A DNA stretch of 64,000 nt from Oikopleura dioica (lineage: Eukaryota; Animalia; Chordata): contig OU015570.1 of the NCBI GenBank assembly GCA_907165135.1, positions 1,302,001 to 1,366,000 of the forward strand. The letters run 5' to 3'. Below the pieces are notes generated by a model. That model saw nothing but the letters and a program-made list of their open reading frames with translations. It searched no databases and was not told the DNA's origin. How positions within the stretch are numbered: the stretch's first letter is position 1; the number at the start of each line of letters is the position of its first letter. This document shows positions 50,321-61,499 of this stretch, in pieces. The position numbers were made by a program, and so were the translations under genes.

Positions 50321-51892
50321 AGTTTCAATTTTATTAGCCGAATTGTTTTCTACAACAGATATGTAGTCAAATTTAAGGGAAACATTTCTTTTATCGTATT
50401 TCTTGAAGACCGCGTGTTCTTCTTTCGCCGAGCGGATGTCTCTTAAGAGTCTAAAAATGCGGTTATTCTCCTTAATAAATTCGTCGGACAAACCTTCTTC
50501 AGACGATGAGGTTGCTTCTCCAGAAGTGGTTGTGATCTCCTCTTCGTCGCTGTCGGTCTTCTCGTTGTCGTCGTCTTCTTGGGCTAAATGCCACCCTCCT
50601 TCTTCGTTTCTGATTGCTCGTTGGATGTAGTCGAGCTCGCGCTCAACCTCTTCCAAAGCCACCGCCTTAAACTTTTTGCCCGGAAGTTGTTTCGGGCCCC
50701 ACGATCTTGACTTCAGGTCCTTTTTGGCCATCGTGACCTTCGCCTTGACTTGTCGGCTGAATCTGCCTCTCGACATCCAGCGGATCTTGTCTTGGTCCAC
50801 CCTGCCGAGCTCCTGCTGGGACATTTTGAGCTCTTTCACCTCCGCAAACACCTTGCCAGTGTTCGCGTCAACAATCAAATCGCTTCGAGAGTTGACGGCG
50901 TTGGCTTGGTATTTCGGGGGCTTCTTCTTGTCCCTGCGTTCCGGAGCCCATTTGTTGAACTTGGGCTTTTCTTTCTTATCAGCCTCTTTTACGGCTTTGG
51001 CTTCCTGGTCGACCACATCCTGGTACGCTCGCATTGGGTTCTCGGGGTCGCACACGTAGCTCAATTCCCATTTCTCGTGGCAAATGTTGAGCAGGTCATC
51101 TCTGGCGTTCCTTTCGAACTTCCCCAGGATGAATTGTTGGTTTTCGAGGACCGTTTTCAAATCAATTGATTCGTAGTCCTTGTCAACCCTGGTTGCCAGT
51201 GACTCCAGAATGGCCACGAGGTCCTTCTCTGAGTTGGAAAGAATTCCGCTCAGAAAAGCTGTCAGCTCCATCAACGGCGTCCAGCCTTCAGCTTCCATGA
51301 AGTCCGCCCTTTCGAAGCTATGGCCGATGGAGACTGCTTCGCGGGAATAATCGCCCAAGTTGTTCATCATGACCTGGCGAGCCAAATCGATCTTGCTTTT
51401 GACCGTAAAAGCCGCGTATTCTTTGTTCGCCATGGTTCGAAGCAGAGCGAACCATCTGAAGAATTCCGGCTTCTTACTTGGGCCTTCCAGGTCTTCGATG
51501 AGCTTATCAACATAAGCTCTGACTGATGCCAGTTGCCCTCGTCTCACCGCGTTCTTGTGATCTGGGCGGCATTGGGTGATAAAAGTCTCCCCGGCCCTGC
51601 GTACAGCTTCCCTCGCGAACTTGAGGTTCGCTTCTTCGTTCCAGTTCTCGAAATTGGACAGACCTGGGAAGAAGAAATTAATGAAGACTTCATTAATTTG
51701 GTCTTGTCCTTCTGGTCTTCCTTCCAAGTCGATGGGCCCTTCGTAAACGAGAACTCCGTCCTGAAGGTCGTCATCAACTCCGATGAACTCAATCATGCCT
51801 TTTCCTCTGTACCTTTTTGGGAAGGTGGTTTTCCAATTTCGAAACTCGTTCAAGGTGCTCGGGATACCGCACGAGCCCGTCCAATTCGGCAT
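50273..51892 (-). CDS. gag: Gag-like ORF, 539 aa
   Basis: Intact ORF between the PBS/leader and the protease; no CCHC knuckle seen. Assignment is positional. Confidence 0.75.
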   Translation of the reverse strand: MPNWTGSCGIPSTLNEFRNWKTTFPKRYRGKGMIEFIGVDDDLQDGVLVYEGPIDLEGRPEGQDQINEVFINFFFPGLSNFENWNEEANLKFAREAVRRAGETFITQCRPDHKNAVRRGQLASVRAYVDKLIEDLEGPSKKPEFFRWFALLRTMANKEYAAFTVKSKIDLARQVMMNNLGDYSREAVSIGHSFERADFMEAEGWTPLMELTAFLSGILSNSEKDLVAILESLATRVDKDYESIDLKTVLENQQFILGKFERNARDDLLNICHEKWELSYVCDPENPMRAYQDVVDQEAKAVKEADKKEKPKFNKWAPERRDKKKPPKYQANAVNSRSDLIVDANTGKVFAEVKELKMSQQELGRVDQDKIRWMSRGRFSRQVKAKVTMAKKDLKSRSWGPKQLPGKKFKAVALEEVERELDYIQRAIRNEEGGWHLAQEDDDNEKTDSDEEEITTTSGEATSSSEEGLSDEFIKENNRIFRLLRDIRSAKEEHAVFKKYDKRNVSLKFDYISVVENNSANKIETRNTYTLVLIQERIRP

Positions 51893-52287
51893 GTCTCTGC
51901 CTGAGGGTGTATCCCAGAGGCATGGTAGATCGGTGCTAAATTGAGCGTATGGGTTTTTGGGCTTCTGGCTAGAATCCGCTTCGAAACGTAGCTGTCAAAG
52001 TGAGCCAGCCATGCTTCGTAGATGATTTTCGCCATTGCCGGGGAATGTCCGTGCACAACTTCGGCGGTTTCTGCGAATCACTGAGGTTGCGGTACGGTTC
52101 ATAGCTTCGGGCGTTAGCCTTAGCGTAAATCATAGTAGATGGGTTGTTCGACATTGTGCTTTAAATGGGCACGTCGCTAAATGTTTAACTCAAAGAGGAC
52201 TCAATAATGTCACTCTCTTGAGTGCTAAATGTGGAGAATACGCGATTTCCGGTAGTACTTCGGAAACGTAAGCCCGCTTAAAAGCGC

Positions 52288-52298
52288 TTCAGTCACCA
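52288..52298 (-). promoter_or_regulatory. Primer-binding site TGGTGACTGAA
   Basis: Directly abuts the 5' LTR; identical 11-mer in the other Gypsy family. Confidence 0.75.
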
Positions 52299-52631
52299 CA
52301 AGAAACGTGGGACTAATTCGTCTTTAAGTTAGGTTTATTAATATTCTCGGGGCAGAATGAACAGTGGAATTATCTTCGTTGTCGTCTTCTGCTGCAAGTC
52401 GAGTCGGGCGGAAATCTGAATTCTAAATGTTAGTTCCAACGTTACGTTTGCACGTGACGTTCTAAATGTTCTAAGGCCCGATGTCCTAACTTCTAAATGC
52501 ACGTTCTCTAATTAACTCTCTCAGCGTGACTTACCGCGTTGTCCGATTTCGACGACTGAATTGTCGAATCTTGAACGCGGCTTTGCTGCCTAGGTGTCAG
52601 ACTTGCGCAGGCCCTGCGGCCCTACCGACCG
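52298..52631 (-). repeat. 5' LTR (apparently missing its first ~69 nt)
   Basis: Identical to 39286-39619. Confidence 0.85.
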
Positions 52632-52739
52632 TTTTTGATTTTATCGTTGGTCTGAACAAAAACGAAAAAGAAAAAGTCCTCAATCCGCTTGTACAAGAGC
52701 GCCAGGGGTGGCCGATATATATGGCGAATGAGATTTTTC

Positions 52740-53040
52740 CCGGGCTATGCTTTACTTTCATCGGTAGTAGACTTTGTAGAAGTGACCACGGGCTTTTTAG
52801 TGGACTTGGTCTTAAAGTGTCAATCCGAATATTTCAAGTACTTATGTACACTTGAATTCAAGCATCTGTTTTTCGATCATAACTCAGCTCGTCGCCAAGA
52901 TATCAAAAGTCTAAAAGTCGAAGAGGAAAAAGAATAAAAGTTAAGTTTGTATGCCAAATTTTATTAAATTCGAATAAAACATTTGGGCTTCCTGGCAAAA
53001 GTGAGAAGAGAGAAAATGACGCGCGGCGCTCACTCGGTGT
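52740..53040 (+). repeat. Inverted partner of 38190-38490
   Basis: Direct comparison; stop codon at 52937. Confidence 0.65.
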
Positions 53041-55904
53041 TAGGGTTAGTGACTAGTCATCGGCCATGATGATGCCCTCGACAAGCGCCGCCAATGAGCG
53101 CGCGTCATTTTCCCACCTACTCTGCGCGAAACTGACGGTTTCAGTTTCCGCTTTGCTCAGACTCGCCTTGGCCTTGCAAGTGGCAAGACCAAGTTATTTG
53201 ATTAGATTTTTCACCTGTAGAGAAACAAGGATGAATAAATTTACTGTGGGACTATTCGGTGTATTCTTTGTCCAGCCGGGGGTTCTGGCATGATGGAAAG
53301 GCAGGTTATTACAGTTGTATCTCCCCGACCAGCAGAGAGGAACTTCTAGGCAAAAAGACTAGTCGGTAACCCTTTCATCGGCATAGTCCCTTAAGCCAAT
53401 CAGAGCGCGCCCCCTCAATTTTCACATAATGATAAATAGGAGCACACTGGAGCGCACTCACTTGGACTTTTCTCTCACTTGGACTCGCGCTCATTCTAAC
53501 TCTTCGCTCGTTTGAGCTCGTCGGCCAATTAGAGTATTGGTTGAATAGAGCGAGGAGTTAGAATGAGTGCAAAAATTCCATAAAAATTTCTCAAAAAATT
53601 AAAAAAAGAATTTTAAAAATGAATCCGGTGACTGTCACCGGCTGACAAAATCGAGGAATTTTTTCAAGTCACTTTAATTTACTTTTTGATAGCAGTATCG
53701 AATAATTTTGTACAATTTTAATGGGTGATAATTTAGAGGTTAATGCACTCCTGCAGGTGTCTGTTGTCTACAAGACTTTAAGTCTTGAGTCTAATAGTGT
53801 CTCGAAGACAGAACAAAATTTCGGTTGCCCACTTGTAAACTTTTATAATAATTTAGTAATAAAATATAGGCTATAAGTAGGGGGTGCACAGTGGGAAAAT
53901 CGGCAAATATACAAGTTAACTTATCTATATTAAAACCCCTCAAAAGATCCGCTTTCATCTAAGGATCATTTTATTTCATTACGAGAAACCCAAAAGCAGA
54001 TGATCACCCCTAAAATCACGTGACAAGGGTTGATTTAACATACTTTTGCCTATAGATAGGGGGTGAACGGTGAAAAATTGATTTTTTTGTCATCCTCTAA
54101 TAGAGATGAATAATACATCGATGGAAAGCCCTTGATCTACTGATCATTTTGACATATGAATTGAGGTCATCAAAGGTCACGTGGGGTCAGCTGAGGACAA
54201 AATCTGATTTTTCCCAAACTCGGCGTAACTAGGGTTTATATGCATGATTTTGATTGCTGACAGTCACTGATCATATGAATTTTTCCTAAATTGTTATCAC
54301 GTGACATCTAGGAGGACCCCGGAGGACCTAGATGATGGAAGAATTTAAGCAAATTGAATGAAGAATAATCTCTTCCAGGGAATTCTTCGACATGGTGATT
54401 AACCGAAACGTAAACATTGAAAAATCTGATAATTTGATCACGTGGACCCTCGGAGGACCTCCTTTAATGGAAGAATTAACTTAAGAAAGAAGAGAAATCT
54501 AAAGATAAAATAATTTATTTTGCAAAAACCATAATTTTAAATCGGGAAGGACAAACAGAAGTTTATTGAAAAACGGGTGTGGGTGGGGTTTGGGAAGAAA
54601 TGAGACTGATCATCTCTATCTTTTATTCAAATCCCAGCCGTAATCAAGCCCATTTCAATTTAAAAGCCAGGACGGGGCTGAGACGGCCCGAAGGGCCGTC
54701 AAGCCCATTTCAATTAGGCTATAGAAAAAAGTGCCAAAAGGTTACCTCGTAATTTTCCAGCATATAAAAGAGCAGATCAAGCGCTTTCAAGTGATAGTCA
54801 TATGATTTTGTGGTCTCGTGAGGAAAAATTCTAAAGCCGATTTTCCGTCAAAATCCTTCATTTTTGGCCAAGAGGGGTGTTCGAATCCCGACGATGACAT
54901 TATTTTTTCAAACCGGTTTTTAAAATAAAATGATCAACACTGATCATGTGATCTAGCATGAGTCATTTTTGTCCTCCGGAGGACTTTTCTGGTAGAAGAG
55001 TGTTCCTGGAAGACAAAAATTTTCGACAAATTGTCAGCCCCAGGGATGTGCCTTTTGCTTTTTTCGAGTGCGGTGCGGTGCGAAGTGCGATTTTTTGCGG
55101 GTTTTTCTGCGGTGCGAAGTGCGATTTTTCAAATTTTTCTTCGCAGTGCGACGCAGAGTGCGAAGTGCGATGTGTGGACAAAAATTGCGGAAAATTGTGC
55201 GATAGTGCGGAAAGTGCGGAAGTGCGAAAGTGCGAAGTGCGGAAAATATGAAAAGTGCGAAAAAATTGCGATTTTTTGAGAGAGAAGGAAAATGAATAAA
55301 AATCGCCGAAAATTTCTCCCACGCCCAGAATAGAAATAATTTTCAAAACTTTCAATCATAACCATAATTGAGCTTCAAACAATGATAATTTGAATTTTTT
55401 AAATGACGGGTGTGGGCAGGGATGTACATTTTCTAAAATTTTCAACTGCGGTGCGGTGCGAACTGCGATTTTTTTTTGACGATTTTCTGCGGTGCGAACT
55501 GCGAGATTTAAAATTTTCTCTTCGCAGTGCGGCGCAGACTGCGATTTTCTGCGATCTTCGGAAAAAATTGAAAAATGCGATAAATTCTGCGATTTTCTGC
55601 GAAACTGCGGAAAATAAGCGGAAACTGCGCTTAATTCTGCGATTTTTGTGAAAAATGCGAAATTTTCTGCGAAATGCGATCCGAGTGAAAAGAGTGGTCA
55701 TTATTCTGACGGGCAGAGTTGTATTTTTGAAAATTTTTTCTGAGCTGAGCAAGCTGATCTGAGGTCGAAATTGAGCTGAGCTGGCCCTTATAAAAACAAC
55801 TGAGCTGAGCTGAGCTCAGCTGGATTAAAAAATGAGCTGAGCTGGGGCATATTTGAAAATTTTTGAGCTGAGCTGAGCCGACCATTCTTTTATGCTGAGA
55901 AAGC

Positions 55905-56546
55905 CTTCGGGCCGTCTCAGCCCCGTTCCATGATTTTTAAGTTTAAGAGGCTTGACGGCCCTTCGGGCCGTCTCAGCCCCGTTCCATGATTTTTAAGTTT
56001 AAGGGGCTTGACGGCCCTTCGGGCCGTCTCAGCCCCGTTCCATGATTTTTAAGTTTAAGGGGCTTGACGGCCCTTTATTTTTAATTTTAAGGGGCTTGAC
56101 GGCCCTTCGGGCCGTTTCAGCCCCGTTCCTTCATTTTTAATTTTAAGGGGCTTGACGGCCCTTCGGGCCGTTTCAGCCCCGTTCCTTCATTTTTAATTCT
56201 AAGGGCTTGACGGCCCTTCGGGCCGTTTCAGCCCCGTTCCTTCATTTTTAATTTTAAGGGCTTGACGGCCCTTCGGGCCGTTTCAGCCCCGTTCCTTCAT
56301 TTTTAATTTTAAGGGGCTTGACGGCCCTTCGGGCCGTTTCAGCCCCGTTCCTTCATTTTTAATTTTAAGGGCTTGACGGCCCTTCGGGCCGTTTCAGCCC
56401 CGTTCCTTCATTTTTAATTTTAAGGGGCTTGACGGCCCTTCGGGCCGTCTCAGCCCCGTTCCATGATTTTTAAGTTTAAGGGGCTTGACGGCCCTTCGGG
56501 CCGTCTCAGCCCCGTTCCATGATTTTTAAGTTTAAGGGGCTTGACA
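55905..56546. repeat. 56-bp hairpin satellite (~11 units, two subtypes)
   Basis: Unit contains GGGGCTTGACGGCCCTTCGGGCCGT(C/T)TCAGCCCC plus an AT-rich linker. Confidence 0.92.
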
Positions 56547-57585
56547 AAGGCTTTGAACTATGAGTTGATCAATCTCAGTTTTGTCCCCAACCCCTCCCTC
56601 ACCCATTATTTAAAAAATTAAAATTATCACTGTTTTTAGCTTAATTATGGTTTTGATTAAAAGTTTGATCAAGTTGGGCGAACGGCGACTTGGACAAACG
56701 GAGACCATTCTTACGACGCCCTATTTTTCGTGTATTTCCAGTAACACACAAGAGGAAAACTTGAAAAAATTGCTGGAAAATGACCGCAGAATCCGCACCA
56801 CCCACACCCAGGGATGTACATTCGCAGTGGGGAAATCGCAGAAACCTTCGCAGTGCGACCTGCGAACTGCGAAATTTCGCACTTCGCAGCGCAGTCAGAG
56901 CACACGTATGCACATCGCACCGCAGTCCGCAGTTTTCGCAGAATTTTCGAAAACTGCGATTTTTCCACCGTCATTTTCCGCAGTTTTTGATTAATCTCGC
57001 AGTTCGCAGACTGCGGATTCTGCGGTCATTTTCCAGCAATTTTTTCAAGTTTTCCTCTTGTGTGTTACTGGAAATACACGAAAAATAGGGCGTCGTAAGA
57101 ATGGTCTCCGTTTGTCCAAGTCGCCGTTCGCCCAACTTGATCAAACTTTTAATCAAAACCATAATTAAGCTAAAAACAGTGATAATTTTAATTTTTTAAA
57201 TAATGGGTGAGGGAGGGGTTGGGGACAAAACTGAGATTGATCAACTCATAGTTCAAAGCCTTTGTGAAGCCCCTTAAACTTAAAAATCATGGAACGGGCC
57301 TGAGACGGCCCGAAGGGCCGTCAAGCCCCTTAAACTTAAAAATCATGGAACGGGGCTGAGACGGCCCGAAGGGCCGTCAAGCCCCTTAAACTTAAAAATC
57401 ATGGAACGGGGCTGAGACGGCCCGAAGGGCCGTCAAGCCCTTAAACTTAAAAATCATGGAACGGGCTGAGACGGCCCGAAGGGCCGTCAAGCCCCTTAAA
57501 CTTAAAAATCATGGAACGGGGCTGAGACGGCCCGAAGGGCCGTCAAGCCCCTTAAAATTAAAAATGAAGGAACGGGGCTGAAATT
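56393..57585. repeat. Near-perfect palindrome with a 214-bp spacer
   Basis: 56546-56797 is the reverse complement of 57012-57265 (one mismatch seen); arms continue into the satellite arrays. Confidence 0.9.
57270..57583. repeat. 56-bp hairpin satellite, inverted array (~5.5 units)
   Basis: Repeats of GAGACGGCCCGAAGGGCCGTCAAGCCCCTTAAACTTAAAAATCATGGAACGGGGCT. Confidence 0.9.
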
Positions 57586-57610
57586 TAAATTATTCTTGTT
57601 TTTTACTTAA

Positions 57611-57941
57611 GGACCCCCGTCAACAATTTTCCTCAAAAAACCGAAAATTTCAAAAAGCCATATTTTGGCTTCTTAGCGTTCCTGGAAGTTCAATTTTTCA
57701 AGAAAACTTGTTCGGAGCAATTTTTGACCAATAAGAATCCGAAATTAAAGCAAAATTGGGACCTTTTCGTCTTTTTCGTCAAAAAGTCCGATTTTCAAAC
57801 GCAATTTTGAGGGTGTTAGAGTCGAGATAGACCCCCAAAAATGAAGCCTCAAAATCGTTTTTTGACCCGTAGAATCCATTTCCGGGGTCAAAATTTTGAA
57901 ATTCCGAAAATAGATTTTTCGAAAATTGTTGACGGGGGTCC
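57611..57941. mobile_element. TTAA MITE with GG...CC ends (Kolobok-like)
   Basis: TTAA|GGACCCCCGTCAACAATTTT ... AAAATTGTTGACGGGGGTCC|TTAA; related interrupted copy at ~8400-9110. Confidence 0.8.
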
Positions 57942-58489
57942 TTAATTATGGTTTTTATTTTAGATTAGTAAAATTTTCAAATCTTTCGATTTTCAAATTT
58001 TTATGGATCCTGATGAAATTTTTATGACGATAAAAATGATCAGTGTTCAACAGCGATCAATTTCATGCATAAAAACCCTAATATAAATCGGGTTTGAGAA
58101 AATCGCATTTTGACCTCAGGTGACCTCACGTGACCTTTAATGACCCCAAGTGACATGTTGAAATGATCAGTGGATCTTAGGCTTTCCATCGATGTGTCAT
58201 TCATCCCAATAAGAGGATGATAAAAAAATCGATTTTCCCACTGTGCACCCCCTAGCTATAAGTCATAATGTTTATGCATTAAATATAACTGGTTCAATGA
58301 TTAAACCTTAATCTTTTTCAGTGATATGTAACTTCCTATCGACAAAAGCCTTTTGTTACTGACTATTGGAAGTTTTCAGAAAAATTTCTTATTCCGCAGT
58401 TATGTAAATAAAAGAAAACGAGTTCTTAAAACTATTTCCCTAAGACTGTCCACTGAGAACACAGTACCCTCGCCCACGCAAAATGGAAA

Positions 58490-59645
58490 GCTCACTTGAA
58501 CTCGCGCTCGATTGAACCAAAATCTCACTTGGACCGACGGGTTCAAATGAGCGCGGGTTAGAATGAGCGCGAGTCCAAGTGAGTGAAAAGTCTAAGTGAG
58601 CGTGCTCCGGAGCACACTTAAATGCGCGGGGCACTCATTTGCGCGAGCGCTCAAACGCGGGGACGCTCATTTGCACGCACACGAGCGAAAGAGTGTCCCA
58701 CGCGAATGAGCGTTTGATTTAATTGGTCGACGATGAAAAATATACGGAGCACACTCAAATGCTCGGCGCGCTTATTTGCTCAGGCGCTCAAATGCTCGGG
58801 ACGCTCTTTTGCACGGACACGAGCGAAAGAGTGTCCAAGCGAATGAGCGTTTGATTTAATTGGTCGACGATGAAAAAGTTATACAGGACATAAACCACTT
58901 AGTGGTGTCAATTCTTAGAGTATTATCGAAATAAATTCGTAACAATTTCCAAAACACGAAATCATCGGGAAGCAATGAAAATGGACATTATTTTTTTTCA
59001 ATAAGTCATCAAGTGTTATGTAATAATTGTCCAAAATTGTTAAGATGATCATACAATGAGTCATTTTAGCGTATATTTAGAAAATACAGCATTTAGAGCG
59101 CTGATGATCACTTTTAATTGTTTATTTTCGGAGAAATATTCTTGTGCTAATTTTCGACCAATTAAATCAAACGCTCATTCGCTTTGGACACTCTTTCGCT
59201 CGTGTCCGAGCAAAAGAGCGTCTGAGCATTTGAGCGCCTGAGCAAATGAGCGCGCCGAGCATTTGAGTGTGCTCCAAAATATACTGAGGATTTTAAAGCA
59301 GAACAAAAACCACGACTCAGTGGTGTCAGTTCTTAGATTTTTATCAAATAAAAATCGGAATAATTTCCGGAAAGACTAATCACCGGGAAGAAATGAAAAT
59401 GAAGATTATTTCTCTTTCAACTAGTCATCAAGTGTTATGCAATAATTGTCCAGAATTTGTAAGATGATCATACAATGTGTCATTTTATCTTATATTTCGA
59501 AAATACAGCAATAAGAGTGAGAAATACGCTGATGAACGCTCATTCGCGGGGACACTCTTTCGCTCGTGTCCGTGCTAATGAGCGTCTCCCGCATTTGAGC
59601 GCTCGCGCAAATGAGTGCCCCGCGCATTTGAGTGTGCTCCTGATA
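58490..59645. repeat. Complex of direct and inverted GAGCG-rich ~130-bp repeats
   Basis: 58610-58745 is duplicated at 58747-58880 and inverted at 59150-59275 and 59535-59640; 58900-59090 is duplicated at 59310-59510. Confidence 0.75.
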
Positions 59646-61499
59646 AATAGCGGACAATTTTCAAATGGACAGCACATAAAGACCTTGAATTTTTTAAGAA
59701 TTACTTTGCAGATTTGTGATTTTTAGGGCTGATTTTATCAAAATTTGGAAATAAGAAGTTTGTGCAGCCATTACAAGTTGTAATTTACAACTACGAAAAA
59801 CCGAGAGAAATCGGCGATTTCGACAGTAAATTAGAATATCGGCACTATCATTTTTTTCGCCGTATTCGAATCTCTTAGTTCCCTTAAGAATTTTTTCTTA
59901 ATACTATAAGATTTTGACTTTTGAAAAATATCCATCCTCCGATCATGCCGGACCCTCCACTGCAGAGCGTAGGGCCTACAGTAAGTATTTATAGATATCC
60001 GTCTATTCCCTCTTCTTTCGACGAAAACGGCTCAAAAAAGGTTAAAATAGATTAACAAAAATATAATGAAATAATTCGTTGAATCTCAAGAGCCCTGAAA
60101 AAAACAAGAGCTTTTGCCGCTTTTTGTGCCATTTTGGTTGTCAAAACGGTGAAAATTTGAATTTCAACTATAATCCTCGAGAGATAATCAATCTGAGAAT
60201 AAACGATCCTGGGATTTTCTGCCAATGATTATTCAATATATCTTGGTTGCAGTGTTTTAAATAATGTCGTTGTGTACCTCGTTGATTTATTTCAAATACA
60301 GCTACTTTCCTCTGTTTTGGACATATTCTTTCAAAATTTTCGTAAAAATGTCCACGAAATTGGGGTCCAATAAAGAGGAAAATATCTGGTTAAAATTAAT
60401 AGGATCTTTTCCGTCAAATTCGTCAGACTCGTCAGACGAATAGTTTAAAATCATCGAAAACCTGTCAGCAAATCAGAGTTCGTAAAATTCGTCAGACATG
60501 TTGGAAACAAATTTATTTACTCCCGGCCTTTCATACGGGATCAGTCTTACCGTATTCTACAATGCCAAACAAAAGAGATGTCGGGCGCGAAGGTTCTGCC
60601 AGACCCCGGGCTGGCATAAACAGACCCGGAGTCTGCATTGACGATCAAATTTTTGTCTCCTTTGGCCCCATTTTGATTTAGAAATGTTAGAAAATGAAGT
60701 TTTCTCTAAGATCAGGTGCGGAGCGCACCAAAACGCCTGTTTAATGTAAAATTTATATAATAAATTCTGATACATTTATTCATTTGCAGTCCCGCGGTCT
60801 GCATTTTGCAGACCCGGGGTCTGCATGTACAACCGACGCACCCTGCATCCAAGTTTTGGCTTCTTTTAGAAAAAATTAAGAAATGTTAGAAGATGAAGTT
60901 TCCGCGCCGCTCGCTCGATCCGCGCTCCGCAAGAACCATTATCTCACGAGGCCGTTAAATCTGAACCAGGGGTCTCAATATCAGCCAAAATCCAATTGCG
61001 AAGCGAATTTTTCGCCCATGTGCGAAGCGAAATATAGAGCGCTCTCTCTTGCCCCAAACACTCGCTAGCACTTTTCACTCGCCTGCACTTTCCTTGACAG
61101 AAAGTGCAAAAGAGTTAATGGTGCAGATGAGAGTTGTTTATTTCTGTGTTCAATTGTATATAGTCTATATAATATCTATATAATATGGATATATGTTATT
61201 TTATAAAGTTCTTAAGTACAAATGGTTAGAAACAACTAAATATTTGATAAACATAGTGTAACGGTGCTACTACTATTATGTAATCGGATTGTTCTGGAGA
61301 ATTCTAGAACCGTAGCGCTTCCGGCTCACCGTCGCCCCTAGCGAGCACGCACCTGCGGCGAGTTTATAGAGAAGCGTAACCGCCTGAAATAGGCATTCGG
61401 ACTGAGTGTCCCAAAGATAAGAATTTAGATAATAAATACCCCTTTTTACACTTAACCGGTTTGTTGTCCTTTTTTTATATGCAAGAACAGAGATAGAGA

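Larger units (their letters stand above)
39286..52631 (-). mobile_element. 13.3-kb Ty3/Gypsy LTR retrotransposon with a multi-gene 3' cargo region
   Basis: Direct repeats 39286-39619 and 52298-52631 identical over 334 bp; PBS; PPT; gag; PR-RT-RH-IN; ~6.6 kb of extra genes between IN and the 3' LTR. Confidence 0.92.
53878..58254. mobile_element. Non-autonomous hAT-type element (4.4 kb) filled with nested repeats
   Basis: TIR TAGGGGGTGCACAGTGGGAAAATCG; exact 8-bp TSD GCTATAAG (53870-53877 and 58255-58262); subterminal inverted homology 54060-54260/58030-58250. Confidence 0.8.

Noticed and set aside
50273-50330. Programmed -1 gag-pol frameshift
   Set aside because: No X XXY YYZ heptamer in the short window where the protease frame is open; a mutation or assembly indel is as likely.
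46457-51904. Plus-strand ORFs overlapping gag and pol (e.g. 48656-49057, 50676-51059, 50750-51169, 51533-51904)
   Set aside because: Antisense shadows of the minus-strand coding sequence; S/L/F-rich with no independent signals.
39286-52631. DIRS/tyrosine-recombinase element (because the termini are non-canonical)
   Set aside because: It encodes an aspartic protease and an HHCC/DD-type integrase, has a PBS and PPT, and shows no tyrosine recombinase motifs.
55905-57583. CRISPR-like array (palindromic repeat with regular spacing)
   Set aside because: The linkers are near-identical rather than unique spacers, no cas genes are present, and the context is eukaryotic. It is a satellite.
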